In this document: positions 1-12,869 of the stretch, piece by piece
Layout: every line of letters begins with the position of its first letter
Position numbering within the stretch: the first letter of the stretch is position 1
NCBI GenBank assembly: GCA_001662655.1
Contig: KV460206.1
DNA length: 64,000 nucleotides
Source: Pseudogymnoascus verrucosus
Taxonomy: Eukaryota
Direction: 5' to 3' (one strand)
Made by a program: the position numbers and the translations under genes
Notes under the pieces: generated by a model
What the model saw: only the letters and a program-made list of their open reading frames with translations
Databases searched by the model: none
Told to the model about the DNA's origin: nothing

Positions 1-2212
1 TAGAAGTAGAGGTGGAGTTTCCGGGTCCCATCGCCGAAAGTCTGATAACTCGACGGCAAGGCCGTACACCATGCCAGTGCTCGCCGGGTGAGAAAAAATC
101 AGACTTGTAAGTTTTCAACCTGAGCGATTGTTCTTCGTTATACTGACGATGCATAAAGCAACAAAATCTTCTCAAGCCGGGCAGACGAAATGACCTCTTT
201 CGATTCCGATAAAAACGATTCCGAGAAGAGCATAAAGAGAAGGCGACCTGACCGCATCCTCGGGTTTCAAGAAACGGGCAGCTTCAGTAGCCGGCTTATG
301 AAATATAATCTGATGGCTGGACGACTAGAAAAGGAAGCTGGCCTCGAGACTATATGGGAGACGGTCCAGAGTACCGTTTTGAATCACAAGGGAAATTCCC
401 TTTTCTTTCCCTTTCTTATTATCGAGGCAAAATCAAGAGTCGGCCAATCTTTCGATGATTGCAATATACAGACTGCATTACCAATTTTGAAAATGTTGAA
501 AATACAAGAGGGCTTGCAGAGGGAGTCTCAAATGACCTTAGAGTATGGAGGTCCTTTAGTCTGGTATATAGCGTATAGAGCCGAAGACTGGCGTCTGTCG
601 GCTTGCTATATCTCCGAGAAGCCTGATGGGCCATTATATGTAAGTTCTGCCTCTTCTGTAGGTATACAATGTTTGTTAACTTATATAGGAGATTGTAACT
701 CTTTGGACTGGGCTGTTGAATGACCTGGAGAGCACACTTCAGCTCCTTCTTATTATTGACTATATATTCGACTGGGCTCGCGATATATACAGGCCTTCAT
801 TAATCTCCCAGCTTGAGAGACTTGCAATTGGTCCCTCAGAGGACAATGACCGTACCTGCGATGATGATATCTCTAGAATTGAAAGAGACAGCGATATTCT
901 CTCGTTAGCCTATCCGAAGCAGACACTCGCCTCGATAAAGAAGTCAAGCGTTATCAAAGATTGGGGGGCTGCTGTTGAACATGATACTGAGATCGTACCT
1001 GATGAGGAACGAGATCTTAAGAAGTGGGCGACTCACGATTCGAATTTCGGTGTTTTCCGCCCAGCATGTACTGTCCAGAACTTGTTTCGATGCGTTTTCG
1101 TTACGAAGGCGAACATTGATGCACTTTTCTCCACTGTAACTAAGCAATCCGCTAAGAATACGCTTGCAAAAAATGCATTATATGCTCTAGATCGATACAC
1201 CACCGTTTTGGTATCAGAGGATATACTCGACACGTTGGAAGAACTCTGGACAAACAGAGCCAGACCGAAAACCCCGCAGCATACTGTGGAAACACGTCTT
1301 TTTGCATCTATTGTTTATCATACGGTTGTGACAAACTACTGGGCACTCCAAAGGATAATCTATTGTCTTGTACTTGACGAGGAAGCGTTGAACTATGTGA
1401 AGAGCTTTACCGCACGAAAATCCCCCCCTATGCCTTTCAAAACTGCCAAAATGTTTAGGAAGAGCAATGCAGAAGCCTTGATAGGTTCCTTGCAAAATCA
1501 GTCTATTCAACAAAATCTCGCATCAGCTTTGGCTTCAACAAGACAAGTATTACACGAAATAAGCACTGGCACTTCGTTGCCAAATTCCTACGCTACCTTC
1601 GAGTTTGTCGATATACACTACTGTCAGGCCGGATGGGGCCACATAGAGACATATGAGGTGATAGATAAAGTATATCGTCGGTGTGAGAAGAATTCCGAGG
1701 AACCAACAGAGCCATTTCTTCGAATCTCTCACCAATGGAATTCACTGATTAGTGACGCCACTAGTCCGACTGTCGCATCATACTTTCCGAACTCTGTACC
1801 TTCAACTAATGAGCAGTATGTTCTAGTAGCACAGGACATGCATGGAGAGAGGCAACGTCTTTGTATATACGTCATTCCAGGTCCCACGGAAGCAATTGAG
1901 CGACTAGGAAAGACTTTGCATAACGCGGCTGAAATTGATGTACTCTACAAGTACTCTCTGAGAAGTGGTAGCTCAAATAACTGGAAGGAAGTGTATAAGA
2001 AGTGGTGGACGACGGATTCTGAAAGCTGTCAGCAAGAAATCAAGCAATTTCGACAATGGAGACACGAAGTGCAAGATAAGCTCCCACAGAGTCTTTCTGC
2101 CATCACAGAGGCCGAAAGCAGCCTCAAGCGCCCTTGCGAAAACGGAGAGAGTGGCGATGCTTTGACTATCCAGAAGAGAGTCAAAAGTTCAATTATAATA
2201 ATCGATGATTAG
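1..2212 (+). CDS. 5'-partial fungal PD-(D/E)XK nuclease-like protein; introns 107-158 and 640-688
   Basis: Two GTAAGT...AG introns join the upstream open frame, ORF 190-723 and ORF 716-2212 in frame (...GPLY|EIVTLWTGLLNDLE). Motifs RRPDRILG...FFPFLIIEAKS...Q fit the PD-(D/E)XK pattern. Confidence 0.7.
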
Positions 2213-2506
2213 GCCGGGAATGGAGTCGTTTGGTGTAGGGTTATAGTTATTCTTATACTAAATACTTTTATTTCACACACTCAACGTATGCTGATGCAGA
2301 GAATTTTTTAAATGAACAAATTTCTAGTTATCGGATGAAAGACCCTGGTTTTGGGTAGGCACACGCCTCATTCCATCATCGTGCTAACCACTGAACCCTT
2401 TGTCTGTGCTAACAGTGCGTAGAAAACCTTATTTAGGATGTTTTCCAGCACTGCAATCCGGCATCAGTGGTTTAGTAGGATAAATCCACGGCCGCCGGAA
2501 GTCACA

Positions 2507-2752
2507 TGATGGAACTATGAGAACTGTTAGAACTCTTACAGTTCTTATAATTCCCACAGTCCCCTTTAGCACGACACCACTATATAAGTAGATAGTTATT
2601 TATTAGTATAGGAGCTTCGTGCTAAACTCAATATAGTATTTGTTATATACTGTAACGTGTTTTAGGAAAGCCTTCGCGTTTGATCCCCTGCCTCCTCTAA
2701 TAAGTAAACCAACGCAACGAAACCTCTATTGAGTCTAAGACCTAGCGTTACA
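2507..2752 (+). mobile_element. Probable solo LTR (~230-250 bp); left end at 2507 or 2525
   Basis: TG...CA termini (TGTTAG at 2525, GCGTTACA at 2745-2752), internal TATATAAG at 2581, TA-rich composition. No clean target-site duplication seen. Confidence 0.45.
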
Positions 2753-3332
2753 TGCAGCTGGGCTAAGACAAGTGCTTAGTATGGCAAGGACAGCACGATG
2801 GCGGAGAGGAAGACTTGGAGCAGGGGTTGCAAGACTGATTCAGAGAAGGGGGGTAACCAAACGCTCGATGAGGGGTGCTGGCAGTGTGGGATGAAGGCAT
2901 GAGAGTAAGTGGCGGGGTGGCGGGTGGGATACACCATGGAGCTGGGGTAGTTGCATGAATATGATTACAGGACGGTGAATTCAGAGCTCTCCTATTGAAT
3001 CGATTTCTAGTTTGTGATTAAGAAGTAAATGTGAATTCTAAGGTGAATGTGCTAGGAGATCTCCTCTAAAGGCCGTGATTCCGCCCTCCCACCGCATCGC
3101 TTTGAAACACCAAATACCTTCGATCAAGTCAAGTAATCACAGACTGACGTTAAACTGACATTTATTCAAATCTCTATGAATAAGAACTAGCAAAATTTCC
3201 AAGTATAAAAGCGGAGAAACCCTCCTTTTCGTTTTATGTTTTACCATATTTATTCATCATCCTGAAAGAACAAAGACTCGAACTATAAACAAAGACACAC
3301 ACACTATACAAACAAACAATCAATCACTCACA

Positions 3333-3575
3333 ATGTGTCGTCCCATCGTACAAATCTATGGCGGGTGCGGGTGTTCCCATTTAGTAGGCAAAAAATACTG
3401 TTCGTGGCGCAAACAGCATGGTGCTGCTGTGCCGTATGGGTTGGTAGACGAGGAGTATGTGCTGGAAGCTTGGTGTTTGGTTGAGGATGCGGATTTAGAT
3501 AAGCCGCTGGAGATTAGAGACAATGGCCGGTGTCCAAGGTGTGAGCAGATTGCCCAACAGTGGGTGTTGGTTTAA
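3333..3575 (+). CDS. Small Cys-rich protein (80 aa), MC-x7-GCGC...CPxC
   Basis: CACAATG start context, TATAAAA at ~3204, CA-rich leader, and a Cys pattern shared with 4128-4391. Confidence 0.6.
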   Translation: MCRPIVQIYGGCGCSHLVGKKYCSWRKQHGAAVPYGLVDEEYVLEAWCLVEDADLDKPLEIRDNGRCPRCEQIAQQWVLV

Positions 3576-4127
3576 CGGGGGGTGTAGGAGGGTTGTGGTT
3601 ATAGGGGAACTCTGATATCGTTGAATTTAAAAAATATGCCACTCTATCATTTCTGTGTGTGTTTGACTGCCAAGGATCTTGATATGATAATGAGATCCAT
3701 GAAAGTGATAGATGCGATGCGACTAACCCAGGAAGATTTATGCAGAGCTGATCATAAAGTGAGACATTTGTAATCAAAATTTAGAACAGCGTTTGAGTTT
3801 GACCTCATCATATAAAATACCCTCTCTAAGGACAAACCGTGGATGAGTGAATCGTTCCTTCCCCGAATAATCAAAATCCCCTATAAAGTGGAAAGAACGT
3901 GTGATTGCTTCTTCCCTGAATAACCAACCACCACCACCCCATATAGAGTCGGAAAGAGCGTGTCTCACCCCTCCACCGCTCCTTCCTTCTCTTCCCACAA
4001 ACAAGCTTCAAAACCAAACATACCGCATCACCAAGACCAGTCAGTCAACTACAAACCCACTCTCATCAGCAATCCACCTCATAATACCCCACACCACACC
4101 ACACAGCACCGCAATCCAGCAACGACA

Positions 4128-4391
4128 ATGTGCTACCGCAGCTGCATCAGCTACAGTGGCTGCGGCTGCGAAGTCCCGCGCTCAACCCTCAAATGCGAAG
4201 AGCGCATGAAGCTAGAGCAGAACGCTAAGACGAAGGGGATGACGACCGAGGAGGTGACGAGGAGTAAAGTCAGATGTGATTTCGAGTCTGTGGTTGAGGA
4301 TGTGCAGTTCCGATTTGGGGTTTGCCCGGGATGTGAGGACCTGTCTAGAGATGACTGGGTGATGGGGAAGGGGTTGCTGGGTAAACTCTAG
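4128..4391 (+). CDS. Small Cys-rich protein (87 aa), paralog of 3333-3575
   Basis: GACAATG start, MCYRSCISYSGCGC...CPGCE, TATAAAG at ~3882, CA-rich leader. Confidence 0.6.
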   Translation: MCYRSCISYSGCGCEVPRSTLKCEERMKLEQNAKTKGMTTEEVTRSKVRCDFESVVEDVQFRFGVCPGCEDLSRDDWVMGKGLLGKL

Positions 4392-4917
4392 TGTTGGTGA
4401 GTGTGTGAGGGTATGGGAGGGGGGGAGATCAAATTGTTAATTCGTTCTTAGAGCTTTGTTTGCTGCTAAACTCGCCAAATATCCTGCAGCTTGGCATTCA
4501 TAACAGCTACTGCATAGCAGTTGATGAGTTTCGTTCTATTGAGAGGTGTATTCATGCGAGGATTTTTAGTGTACCGCTGCAGAGGAGTCTTGGGAGACTG
4601 GGATGGCATCAGAGTGTGGTGACGTGGAAGAAAGGGGTTGTTGATTTGCTACGATTACAAGTATGGAATAAACGCAGCATCTTTACTACTCAAACTCGGG
4701 ATATGCATGTGATAAGTGATATTTCTGATAGAAAGGCCCTTCCATATATGCCTCTTTATAATGGCTACGCACCCGCTTGGGTAAATGGGAGACGGGCGTA
4801 AAGTTAAAAATATATACATATGCTCGACTATTGGCATCAATAGCCGCCACAGCAGTGGTATGAAGCGATTTAAAATATGATACGAGAATCTCTCCCACCC
4901 GAGACAAACATAGTCTG

Positions 4918-5948
4918 TTATACGACGGGCCATCCGTTGCTCCAGGTGAGCTTGTTCCATCCAAAGAGGTATGCGCCATCGCCGAGACCAACGTTGGTAT
5001 TGGCGTAGTGATAGTAAAGCACAAGGCCCAGGCTCGAGTCAGTGAAGACACCCCTACAATTGTTAGCCATGACACGCTGATAGCAATGAGGGAAGAGGAA
5101 ACTAACTGTCCACCAGGCCCATACACAGTTCCGTGCGACTCAAGCAACACGCTGCCCCCACCATTCTTGCAGTCCGCGCCATTCTTGTCAACAAAGCCGC
5201 CTGTAGCGCTCGAGCTCCTGCACATCATGATCTTGTACTCTGCTCCCGCTGCAGGCTTGCTTGTGTCATATCCACAGCAAATTCCCTGACTCCACGTGAG
5301 GTAGTAGTATCCGGCATTGTAGAAGATGAAGCTACCCTCGCAGGCGTGGCTGCCAGATGGGTTGTACTCGATCTGGTAAGCGGCCGTGCCAGCCGTCTTG
5401 GTAGCCGCGGAGTTCATAGCCACTTGGTAGATATCGCCCCAGAAACTGCCGAAGGAGAGGAGATAGCTGGTTCCCACCTGGATCAGGTTGGCGTCGATGG
5501 CGTTGTAGGGCTTGGAGGAGGAGCTGGTGACGCCGATCGCGCCCTTGTCGGTCCAACTTCCTGCGTCCATTGTCGAGCTGGTCGCAAGACCGATCGCCGA
5601 GTTCTGGCTGCCGAAGGTGCTGACGGAGTAGTAGAGATGGTATATATCGCCGACTTTGTGGACATCTGGGGCCCACATGTCTGTCTTCTGGCCGGCTGTG
5701 GTGATGCTGGTGCCACCGGGTAGGACAGAGCCCTTGATGGTCCATGGGCCCGAGAGGGAGCTCGAGGTGACGATCTCCATGCCGCTGCCGGTGTTGAACT
5801 TGAAATAAAGCCCATCGCTGGAGCGTTGGATGACGCTGGGGTCGTGAGCCCAGCAAGCACCAGTGCAAGCTCCAGGGTTAGAGTATGCGCTGACAGACTG
5901 TCCGAAGACCGCCAGGAGCGAGGAGACGATGACGAGTGGCTTAAACAT
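4918..5948 (-). CDS. Secreted GH43 endo-1,5-alpha-L-arabinanase; intron 5054-5106
   Basis: Signal peptide and motifs HDPS, WAPD, NAIDAN, SFGSFW, EGS and YGPGGQ. Splicing restores the C-terminus GVFTD...GWPVV*. Confidence 0.92.
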
Positions 5949-6164
5949 GGCAGCTAGATGGCTAAGAAGGCAATGGGATAATGCTGAGACCTGACAAAAA
6001 GGGAGATGGATTTACCTTGTGCTTTATAGAAAGTCTAAACGCGCACGGAAGAATAGAAAACGCAAGGAAGCTGCTATACTTACCATTCGTGGGAACGGCA
6101 CTGATCGTGGCAACCAGAGATCTAAAGGCCGTAGGGGAATTAGCAGTCTGAAATATATTAAAAA

Positions 6165-6450
6165 CTCCGCGCGTTAATGGCTACCGTTTCTACAACCGTG
6201 CTTTGGTGAGCACATATCGCGGAAGGACTGGTTGCGAAACATGTAAATGCGGTCTAAGAAGACCAGCATCTTACTGGTGGTGGCAAGCGTATAACATATA
6301 TTGCACGCCGTGTCATTTCCCCGCACTGCACTGTAATATTAGTTGTGTAGTTATATAGTTTGGACAGGAGAGAAAAGTGAGGAAGAAACTATACATACTG
6401 TATTTGAAGGCTTGGACACCAATTCCACCAATAGCCCATCGTTACCCCAG
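6165..6450 (-). promoter_or_regulatory. Three CreA-type (SYGGRG) sites upstream of the arabinanase
   Basis: CTCCGC 6165-6170, CCCCGC 6319-6324 and CCCCAG 6445-6450 are reverse complements of SYGGRG. The motif is short, so support is weak. Confidence 0.35.
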
Positions 6451-7009
6451 AGCGGCACTTTTCCCCATAATGGCAGATGATCTATGGTACAGGACCACGG
6501 CACCTTTATGCTAAATACCAGCTATAAAGTATATTTCCGAGTGTTGAGGAACTATAATTGACCGGCCGGCTCATGCGTATCCTATAGTATTTAGAGAGCA
6601 GAAGACGAGTGATGGTTGAAACGTACACGGAGAAGGTGGTGAAGGTCGCAGGGCAGTTTCACACCAAATTTGGCCCTCAAATATGCTGTAGTACCAAAGT
6701 CTGAAGAAGGATTGTGCAAAACAACGGCGATTACAGCAACTACAATTAAATCATAGGCATTCAATCGCTTGGGGCTGTAACCAGTAAGCCAAATGGAACT
6801 AAAGAGATAAGTTCTGTAAGTATAAATTGCAGGTATTGATCCAGCTATACCCTCTCTTCGGACCTTTGCCAACCACGTCGCTTTCCCCAGCATTCGCTTC
6901 GTAGCCTGGCGGTCTGGGAACCTCGACCCCTCCACCACGACCACAAAGTCTACCTTCACAGCTCCAAACCTCCCCCTCCACCCCCCCAACAACCCCTCCA
7001 ACCATCACC

Positions 7010-8016
7010 ATGGCATCCGTCGACCAATTCGACAGCGCGCTGTAAGCTCTCCCTCCTCTCTCCCCCCATCCCCACCTCCAACCCCGCACTAACACCCACC
7101 CCCCAGCGACCTCCTCCGCCGCCTCGACCCCAAACACACCTCCACGCACCTGAACTCCCTCATCGACCTCGTCCCCGACCTCACCGAGGACCTCCTCTCC
7201 TCCGTCGACCAGCCGCTCAGCACACGCTGGTGCAGCAAGACCAAGCGCGACTACCTGGTCTGCGACTACAACCGCGATGGCGACAGCTACCGGTCGCCGT
7301 GGTCGGGGGAGTTTGAGCCGGCGCTCGAGCAGAGCAGCGAGGGCGGCGTGGATGAGGGGGCTGGTGCGGGCGCGGTGCCCAGTGATAGGGTGAGGAAGAT
7401 GGAGATTAGGGCGAATGAGGCGTTTGATGTGTATCGTGAGCTGTATTATGAGGGGGGGCTGAGCTCGGTGTACTTCTGGAATTTGGATGATGGGTTTGCG
7501 GGGGTTGTGCTGCTGAAGAAAGGTATGTTTCTGCCTGGTGGTCTAGGTGGGGGATGAGTGCACGAGATACGAACGACGGGGAAGACATTGGGAGGGCTGG
7601 AACTTGGCTAACAGTATAATGCAGGCTCGCCCCAGAACAGCGGCTCCGAAGGATCATGGGACTCAATCCACGTCTTCGAAGCCATCGACCGCGCGCGCAC
7701 CGCCCACTACAAGCTTACCTCGACTGTGATCCTGCACCTCTCGACCGGGACCGACGCGCTGGGTGACATGGACCTCTCAGGCAACATGACGCGACAGATC
7801 GAGGCGGACCTAACAGTCGACGACGACGGGAGCCACATCTCCAACATCGGCAAGCTGGTCGAGGACATGGAGCTCAAGATGCGCAACCTGCTGCAGGAGG
7901 TGTACTTTGGCAAGGCCAAGGATGTGGTCGGTGACCTGCGCAGCGTGCAGAGCTTGGCTGAGGCGAACAAGGAGAAGAATGCGCATAGGGAGATGATTGA
8001 TTCTATGAAGAGGTAG
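7010..8016 (+). CDS. CAP2: F-actin capping protein beta subunit (2 introns)
   Basis: [70 protein letters not shown]. Confidence 0.95.
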
Positions 8017-8332
8017 AGGGGAAAGGGGAGCGTGCCGTGATCTGTATTTATTGCGAGCTATTATGGGGCGTTTATAAACCGAATTCTGTGGTCTCTACGA
8101 TTTGTTGCCAGATGGCGTCATTGAAGCATGTCACCGCCGATTATATCTCAAAAAAGATGTCCACTACGTGTCCTCGGGAGGTACTTGGGTATTCTCGATG
8201 GTTTTTAGTTATAACCTCTAACCCACGCGGTTTCTAGGGTAACCCGCTAGCAATGAATCGCGCAACCCATATGTGCAGTCTGCCTGTCCGTCTGTCCACC
8301 CTACTCCATCAACCCCAGCGTCCAGCGCCCAT

Positions 8333-8961
8333 CTAGGCCTTTGGGCCAGCAAAGTCGTAGAAGATCCTGACCTTCAACACCTCGCTCCCCTTGGTGATGA
8401 CCACCTTCCTGGTGTAGTACCTGACGCCGTTGAGCTCAGTGAAACCCCAGACCTGGATAGCAGTCCAGCCATTCGTCTTGCTGACAGCGGTAGTCAGGAT
8501 GTGCGGCTCGCCGTTGGGGCCAACCCTCTCATCGAGCCATCCCTCCTTCTGGAACGAGTCCAGGGCATCCCAGTCAGCGCCCTTGTTGTCGAGCCACTTG
8601 GTCTGGCCGGTCAGCGGACCGAAGACGTGGTCCTCGTGCTCGCGCTCGCTCCAGTTCAGCTCGCGGTGCTCGGCGGTGCCTTGGATGCCGCCGGTGCCGG
8701 TAGACTCAATGTCGATGATGGTGAGGCCGTCCACGACCTTCTCGGTGATGGAGAGAGTGATGGTCGCGAGGCCGATGGCCTTGCGCTTGAGCCAGCCGAC
8801 GCCCTGGAGGGTGAGGACGGGCTCGGTCGCGTCGGAGAGGGTCTTGTTCTGGGTGGTTGTTAGTTGTGGGTTCGGTGCATGTGAGAGGGATGGGGGGTGT
8901 TGCGCACAAGAACCCATTGACCGTTCAGGTTGGCAATCGTGTATTCAGCGGGAGCGGCCAT
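8333..8961 (-). CDS. Conserved fungal beta-barrel (lipocalin/FABP-like) protein; intron 8849-8907
   Basis: MAAPAEYTIANLNGQWVL|NKTLSD...LQGVGWLKRKAI...QVWGF...RYYTRKVV. Intron GTGCGC...CTAAC...CAG. Confidence 0.75.
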
Positions 8962-10540
8962 TTTGAGGATATTGGTCTAATTCTTTCTGGAAGTCTTGAA
9001 TTTCTAGGTGTAAAAATGAGCTTAGATACGTTGTTTGAGCAGATGAGACTTTTTCTCGTGGTAGAATATAAGAACTGGAAGAGTTGCGAGGGTAAGAGCG
9101 AGGGGAGATGGAACGGTTAAACGTACGATGATGAGCGGTGTTTTTCGCAGGAGAGGACAGAGGATGGAATGATTTTAGAGTTTCCACAAGCAGAACACAC
9201 CCCATAAAACTGCGGTTCCACGCATGCATATATGCATTGCGCATTTGGCGCGCGCATTATCGAGAGGATCGATGCCCCAGGTCCAAAACGTCACCGAGGC
9301 TCTCTCTCACATGTCAGAACGGTGCCTGGGCGTTCACCAGCCTTACCGCACGCAGTGTGTGTGTGTGTACCGCGCGGAGGGTCTTCGCTGACTTGTGACG
9401 CCGACCGAGGATGCGATTCGATGCGGGGCACTCGGGGTCATCATTGTGGGGTCAGTTCCCAACGTCCGACAATATGAGGGGTTGGCAATCTTCGGCGCAC
9501 GCCATTGGGCTATATGCGTGTAATGCGCTACCTGCATACGCGTTGGTACTGTCGATGGTCGCTTGCTAAGTTTCTCAAGGTGCGGAAATGCGCTCTTAAC
9601 TCGGTAATACTTCCTTTTTATGCCTGACGCGTGAAAAGCGAGTAGGAGAACAACTGGGGATAGGCAGGTTCTACTATGGTCTGTCCCCAGTGTTCTGCCA
9701 GGCCGGGGCAATTGTGGATTGGGATGATCCGGGAATGAGGGATGGATGGGATTCTTGGCACGTGTGGGATTATCGCGGGGGAGGACGGGGGAGGATGAGG
9801 GACTTGGGAGAGTTTCAAAGGAGCCGGCAAAAAGGGTTGGGACTGGCGTGGCCGTTGTGGCTGAGATGGCTGTCATGGTTCTTGTAAGTTATGCTGAATC
9901 AGTCAACATCTTGCCCGGCGCAATGTTACACTATAGGGAAGTTCAAAGAGGAGTTTGAAGGGTTCGAAGCTCTTAGCTGCATAATAACGAAGGCTAGAGA
10001 GCGAGCGTGAAGAGACACCAACCCTATACTGTGCATATATACGTGCACGGGGAAACTCGTTTTTGGATGGTGTCGACGCTTCCAAGGCGCCAGTGCAACT
10101 CGCAATCTTAGAGAGGTGCATCTGATCAATGCCGTGCATACAGTGCATGGTTATGTTCCACTGAGGGGTCACTGAGGGGTCACGACGTCTGTCATGGCAT
10201 ACTCAACATCTCCGGTATAACAATATTCGTGTATTAGTATTATCTATCTATCCTACATCCCCAACGATCAGAAAGCACACGCCCATGAACCACGTCAAAA
10301 CGTGAAGAGAGTACAGACAAAGGAAACCGATAAGTCATCGTGGCATCGCTCTGCTACTCATCATCATCAATCATAGCCAGCCGTATAAGTTGTACAAAGA
10401 AAAGAAAACAAAGGGGTTTTTCGTCGCACAATGAGCAAAGTGTCAAGTCTCGGAAACCAAGGAAAAAATCTGCCGTACGGCCGTCCAGCCCAGTCGGGCC
10501 TGCATCGTCGCTCGTTCGCCTGAACAGAAGGCCGTTCGTT

Positions 10541-11814
10541 TTAAGGCCACCAGTTCATCGTCTTGTAACTCTCAATCATCTCCTCCAGCTCCTTCTTCCC
10601 CAGCTTCGGCCGCGAGTACGTGAACCCGGCGAGACTCTCGAACCTCGACCCATCAAGGTACAGATCCTCGTCCTTGAGCTGCTCCTTCTCCAGATACGGG
10701 CCAAGGGGACCAGGCCGTGTGATGCCAGCGTCACTGAGCAGGTCCGCCCAGGGGCCCATAACATGCTCGTTGATGTCCTCCAGCACATGGTCCATATTCA
10801 TACGCGCGAACGTGCTGAGCAGCGATCCCACGAAGCCGGTCTTGATATCGTAGATCTCGGTGATATGCGTCGCCAGTTGGCCCTGGTTGGTGTTGGTGTG
10901 GTCGACGATGTTGAAGGTAGGGACGGCGCCCATCGTGCTGGCGTCCCAGCCGGCCTTGCCCTTGGCTTGCCATTCGCAGGCTGCCCAGAGAGCGCGTGTT
11001 ACGTCGTCGACGTGCACAGTGTTGACTTTGAGGTCTTTCGTCCACAGCCATTTCAGCTCCTCCCCGAGGTGCTTGTAGACGCGTGCGAGTACGAGACCTT
11101 TGGACACGAATTTTGAGTCGTATTTTCCGTATGCGAATGCGAGGCGCATAATTATGAGGTTGAGCCTGGAGGTTTAAGATGTTAGCTTCTTGTCACCAGT
11201 AAAAATGTAGGGAAATTCGTCAACACAAATGAGGGGTCACAACTAACCCTTCGATCTTGGCCAACTCCTCCTCAGCCTGCAACTTGTACTGCGCATGCTT
11301 AATCGCCGGCTTCAGTTTGTCCGTCTCCTTCCTCGGCGACGAATCCGACTTGTAGACAAGCCCAGAGCTGAGTTCCACAAACGCCTTCACCCCCCTCTTC
11401 GCCGCCTCCTTCCCTATCGACTGCGCCAGCGTCACCACGCGCAGCTTATAAATCTCATCATCCTGCGAGTACCTCGTCTCACCGGCGCAATTGAAGACGT
11501 AGTCAAACTCCTTCCCATCCGCGCGATCGAATATCCTCGGGAGCGATTCTAGACAGCGCAGGTTAGCAAACGCCGATCTCCCAAAACAGCGGGAAGGGGA
11601 GGTTCCGCTCACGAGCTTGGCAGGCGTCCGCCTGGACGAACTTGCTCTGCGCGCACGCCTCGCTGAACTCAGGCGCCAGCCACGCCAGCTGGGGGAGCAC
11701 CTTATCGACGAGGCGCACGTCGGAGGCCAGGTTGTTCTCGTGGATGTAGAGGGCGAGGAAGCGGCCGATGTAGCCCATCCCGCCGACTATCAGCACACTT
11801 GGTTTTTCGGCCAT
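10541..11814 (-). CDS. NAD-dependent epimerase/dehydratase (extended SDR) family protein, 3 exons
   Basis: N-terminal GGMGYIG Rossmann motif, VFNCAG, LRLAFAYG and TVHVDDV. Two canonical introns at ~11549-11612 and ~11166-11246. Confidence 0.88.
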
Positions 11815-12869
11815 CTTCGGTGATTGGGGGAAATTGAAGAGCCCGCGCGCGCAGCTGCTAAAATCGAATATATAGGGATCTGTGGTACTTTGCCTCCTGC
11901 TCCGCAGTCGGGTTGAGATATCGCGAGGGAAGTAGAAAGTGTTGAGCGGCGTAGGATTCGAAACGCACTATTAGTGATTGAGGGACTGGCTTATGTATGG
12001 GCAAGGAGGGACAAAGATAATAGATAAAGACCTCACTCCGGAGAGGAGGGACGGCTAGGTAGAGCAAGAATAGAAAGGACGGAACGAGTCAGGGCAGGCA
12101 GCGCACAGTTAATATTATTCAGGGCAATAGGGGTGCAGCCTTGAGAAACACATCAGTCAGTTGGCATCGAGTGACATTTAATGAGTGAGCAAGACTGGCG
12201 GCCAAAGCAGGTGAATCGTTAACTAGATCGATCGACTTGCAGGGGCAGACAGCATCATAGCGGAGTCAGCTCATGCAAGAGTAATATGATACAAACAGTT
12301 TACAGTAGAGGATGTACAGAGAGTATATTACCTAGCTGTCTTAAATTTGAGCTTCGCATTTCCGAGAGGATTACACAGGGCACACAGAGTAACAGGGGGA
12401 ATAGCTTACACAAACGGGCTTCTATCTAGTAAAAATGCCTTCTAAAACCCCTCAATTGTACAACAAGCAAACAGTTTTTGTGAGGTTTGAGGTACAGTAG
12501 AGCGCAGTATCCGTGCCCACAGTTGTACATACAAATACAATACATAGGTGCCACATAGTGGTGCCGTGGAACTGTACTACCTACTACTCAACTCCGTATA
12601 CTAAAAAACTGTACTCCTGCCTGTAAAATACATGTCTTTGTGCTGCGGAATGACCTTCTGGAAGATTACTACTTCCACTATTGGATTTATGGTGGAGTCT
12701 GTTGCGGGTTATGCGGGTTATGGGGACCGTCCGGCGGAGCCCCTGCGATTGGAAATCCTCAAATTAATCCCCGGCTCTCAACACAAAAGAACAGATAGCG
12801 GGTGATGCAGACAGGGGCCGCACCGAAAATAGAGGCGTAATTTTGAGGGTTGCAGGTTATTTTTCATAT

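Noticed and set aside
2461..2540. Intact tRNA-Gly gene
   Set aside because: No T-arm/B-box or 3' acceptor strand found; kept only as a possible fragment in findings.
4686..4917. C-terminal extension of the 420-aa arabinanase ORF
   Set aside because: Artefact of reading through intron 5054-5106; the spliced frame stops at 4918.
10159..10183. Direct repeat CACTGAGGGGT x2
   Set aside because: Only two 11-bp units with no spacers or element context; not CRISPR-like.
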